Assembly (NCBI GenBank): GCA_964016885.1
Contig: OZ024743.1
Location: 240,312,001 to 240,376,000 of the forward strand
DNA length: 64,000 bases
Direction: 5' to 3'
From: Eledone cirrhosa
Lineage: Eukaryota
Positions 63,391 through 64,000 of this stretch are shown one piece after another. The notes beneath the pieces were generated by a model. That model was not told where the DNA came from. It did no database searches and worked only from the letters and a program-made list of their open reading frames with translations. A program made the position numbers and the translations under genes. Every line of letters starts with the position of its first letter. Position 1 is the stretch's first letter.

Positions 63391-64000
63391 GTTATTTCAT
63401 TCATGATTTCTATTTAGTTTCAGTTTATGTCCAGTTGCTTCTGTGATCTGTCTGAACATTACACCTGTTCAGTGTGTAGATATAATTTTTATTTCAATGC
63501 TTTTTAGTGAAACCCCATGTTCTAGTTTGGTATGTTGGTAGAGCACTGATGAGTTTTTCTCGTCTCAGAATATTTGCCAACATTCTTTCATCCTTTTTCC
63601 TATACTGCAAACTATCTCACCTATATATGTCATGGCCCTATTTCTACCTGGTCCCTTTATGCTTCTTTAAACTACATTTCTAATTTTGCAGTCCATCTGT
63701 GGGCTTAGTTTGCAAATTATACAGTTCCTATCAGTACATAAGATTTTCTTAAACGGGCAAGTTTTGCCAATCAGGACTTTTATGAGAAAACCTTGCTTTT
63801 CTACAATCTTAATTCATCTAAAGCCCTTCTAAATCTATATGTAACTCTGGGGCTAGTATCAATGAAAATCATACTCTGGTATTTTTTGCTGTCATACTAC
63901 GAATTGATCTTTTCTATCTTCTTGATTCTCACAGTTCTATTCTACGATTTGCTCATATACATGGGACATACTCCATTCACATAATATCTATAACATATGT
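63391..64000 (-). pseudogene. Penelope-like element C-terminus (Cys linker plus GIY-YIG endonuclease), decayed
   Basis: Single frame 63780-63391: CPFKKILCTDRNCIICKLSPQMDCKIRNVV*RSIK...TYIGEIVCSIGKRMKE...SVLYQHTKLEH...RQITEA...LNRNHE*N, with four in-frame stops. Confidence 0.8.

Overview
Eukaryotic, very AT-rich, repeat-dominated DNA. The SINE families and giant compound (TA/TACA/TATG)n arrays look like an octopod cephalopod genome; this is inferred from repeat content, not proven. Almost all long ORFs in the track (YIYI..., CVCV...) are microsatellite read-through. Supported content: (i) one convincing minus-strand terminal coding exon with a GPI-anchor-type C-terminus (61769-61908) and two weaker exon candidates; (ii) about 30 tRNA-derived SINE copies of one family, mostly minus strand and chained head-to-tail, plus two other SINE families; (iii) decayed LINE (RTE, RLE-type), mariner, pogo-like and piggyBac-like MITE and Helentron-like remnants; (iv) two decayed Penelope-like element (PLE) ORFs with GIY-YIG motifs. 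The most interesting signal is a set of short non-coding inserts from several distinct families, nearly all embedded in (TA)n. They carry type I hammerhead-ribozyme cores, often with palindromic stem/loop III, and include a U3:A8 covariant and a GAGCTC/GAATTC palindrome-preserving change. Several share a 3' ATTGAGYRCTC motif, and seven are inserted as fold-back inversions. This reads as a PLE pseudo-LTR/retrozyme-like system associated with TA microsatellites. All alignments and folds were done by eye; no searches were run.
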